Shown here piece after piece: positions 62,795 through 64,000 of a DNA stretch of 64,000 nt; position 1 is the stretch's first letter, and every line of letters starts with the position of its first letter. The notes below the pieces were generated by a model. That model was not told the origin of the DNA and did no database searches. It saw only the letters and a program-made list of their open reading frames with translations. The DNA is from Eledone cirrhosa (taxonomy: Eukaryota): positions 236,592,001 through 236,656,000 of the forward strand of contig OZ024741.1 in assembly GCA_964016885.1 (NCBI GenBank). Reading direction: 5' to 3'. The position numbers were made by a program, and so were the translations under genes.

Positions 62795-63110
62795 ATGAGT
62801 TGAACAATGAAAACAAAAAAGTCGAGATTTCGGGTTTAATTACTTCATTGTTTTACGATCGTTTCAAAAGGTTGAATGAACCATGAAAATATCGATATAT
62901 TGTCTAATCGATAGCGGTTATATAACCCCATATCATCAGTCTCGGTAAAATAGATCACTCGAGACTAAAAATAAGGAGTTACGTAACTGCTATTGATTAG
63001 TCAGTATATCGATATTATCATAGTTCATTCAACTTTTTGAAACGATCGTAAAACAATGAATTAATTAAACACGAAACCTCGCCGTTTTTTTATTTTATTG
63101 TTCAACCCAT
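62795..63110. mobile_element. Fold-back (MITE-like) palindromic element
   Basis: Imperfect arms of about 150 bp, e.g. TTCATTGTTTTACGATCGTTTCAAAA / TTTTGAAACGATCGTAAAACAATGAA. Confidence 0.75.
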
Positions 63111-63777
63111 AATTAAATTCTATTAGATTTATGTTCTTGTATTCATTTAAATACGACTGGCGATTTTGTTTTGGAATTGTCTCTGTTTTCAATTCTGTAG
63201 AGGACAGAGAGTTTGAGAAAGTGGAAGAGAGAGGATGAGATGGTATAATATAAGACGGAAAGAGAAAGGGATGAAAGAATATGAGAGTGAAAATCGGAGG
63301 GAGGGGGAAATAGATATTGTAAGAGAAAGGTGCGTCGAAGGAGGGAGAGAGAGATTTTATTGTGATTTAAAAAAAAAGAAAGTTTGCAACGCTACACACG
63401 TAAGTGTGTGTACATTTTCTTCAGTTGTCATTTAAGCCCACTTGAGGCGGCATGTCACCCTCAGAAGGAGGCGTTTGGAGGGGAGTTTATCGTACATCAG
63501 AAGTTATTTCATTAAAAAGGGAAAAGACAATATGCATGACCGACGAAATAGATGTTGTGACGGCAGTTGTGTGTTGTGTGTTGATGTATTTGTGTAGTGG
63601 TGGTGGTGATTGTGTGTTGGTGTGGCGTGCGGCGTTGGTGTAGTGTTGGTAGTGGTGGTGGTTTGGTGGTGATGATGTGTTGTTGATGTGGTGAAGGTGT
63701 GCTAGAAGTGGTGTAGTGGTGGTGGTATGTGGTTCGTTATATGTTGGTGTGGTGGTGTGTTATGTTTTATTATTATA

Positions 63778-64000
63778 GTATCGGTAGAGGGTCGGACGCC
63801 ATGCTTTCCAGCATAGTTACGTCCCTTTACGATCTGAGTTCAAATCCCGCCGAGGTTAACTTTGCCTTTCATCCTTACGGGGTCGATAAAATAAAGTACC
63901 AGTAATGCACTGGTAAATTGCTGGCCTTGTGCCTAAAGTAGAAACAATTATTATTATTGCGGTGGATTGGCAGTATCGGTAGAGGGTCGGACGCCATGCT
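63778..64000 (+). mobile_element. Two tandem young SINE copies (second runs off the window)
   Basis: Copy 63778-63951, then a new head GCGGTGGATTGGCAG at 63959. Confidence 0.85.

Overview
AT-rich, repeat-dense animal genomic DNA. The SINE, RTE and microsatellite content suggests a coleoid cephalopod (Octopus-like); this is inference. Two spliced genes lie head-to-head. BORCS7 is on the minus strand (5 coding exons, 26985->11722, 99 aa, including a 21-nt microexon). UVSSA is on the plus strand (15 coding exons, 33435->58707, about 838 aa). They are separated by a CpG-enriched putative bidirectional promoter near 27.5-28.0 kb. The rest is mostly transposon material: a young tRNA-type SINE family with target-site duplications, RTE, Penelope-like, CRE-like and mariner remnants, a Helitron cluster with a head-to-tail junction, piggyBac- and hAT-like MITEs, minisatellites and degenerate TTAGGG repeats. 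The most unusual signal is a set of long, near-perfect fold-back structures. These include a 155-bp-arm hairpin in a BORCS7 intron and a roughly 348-bp-arm inverted duplication rich in A:C mismatches in a UVSSA intron, both candidate dsRNA/A-to-I editing substrates. All gene models and alignments were read by hand, family assignments rest on recalled motifs, and repeat boundaries are approximate.
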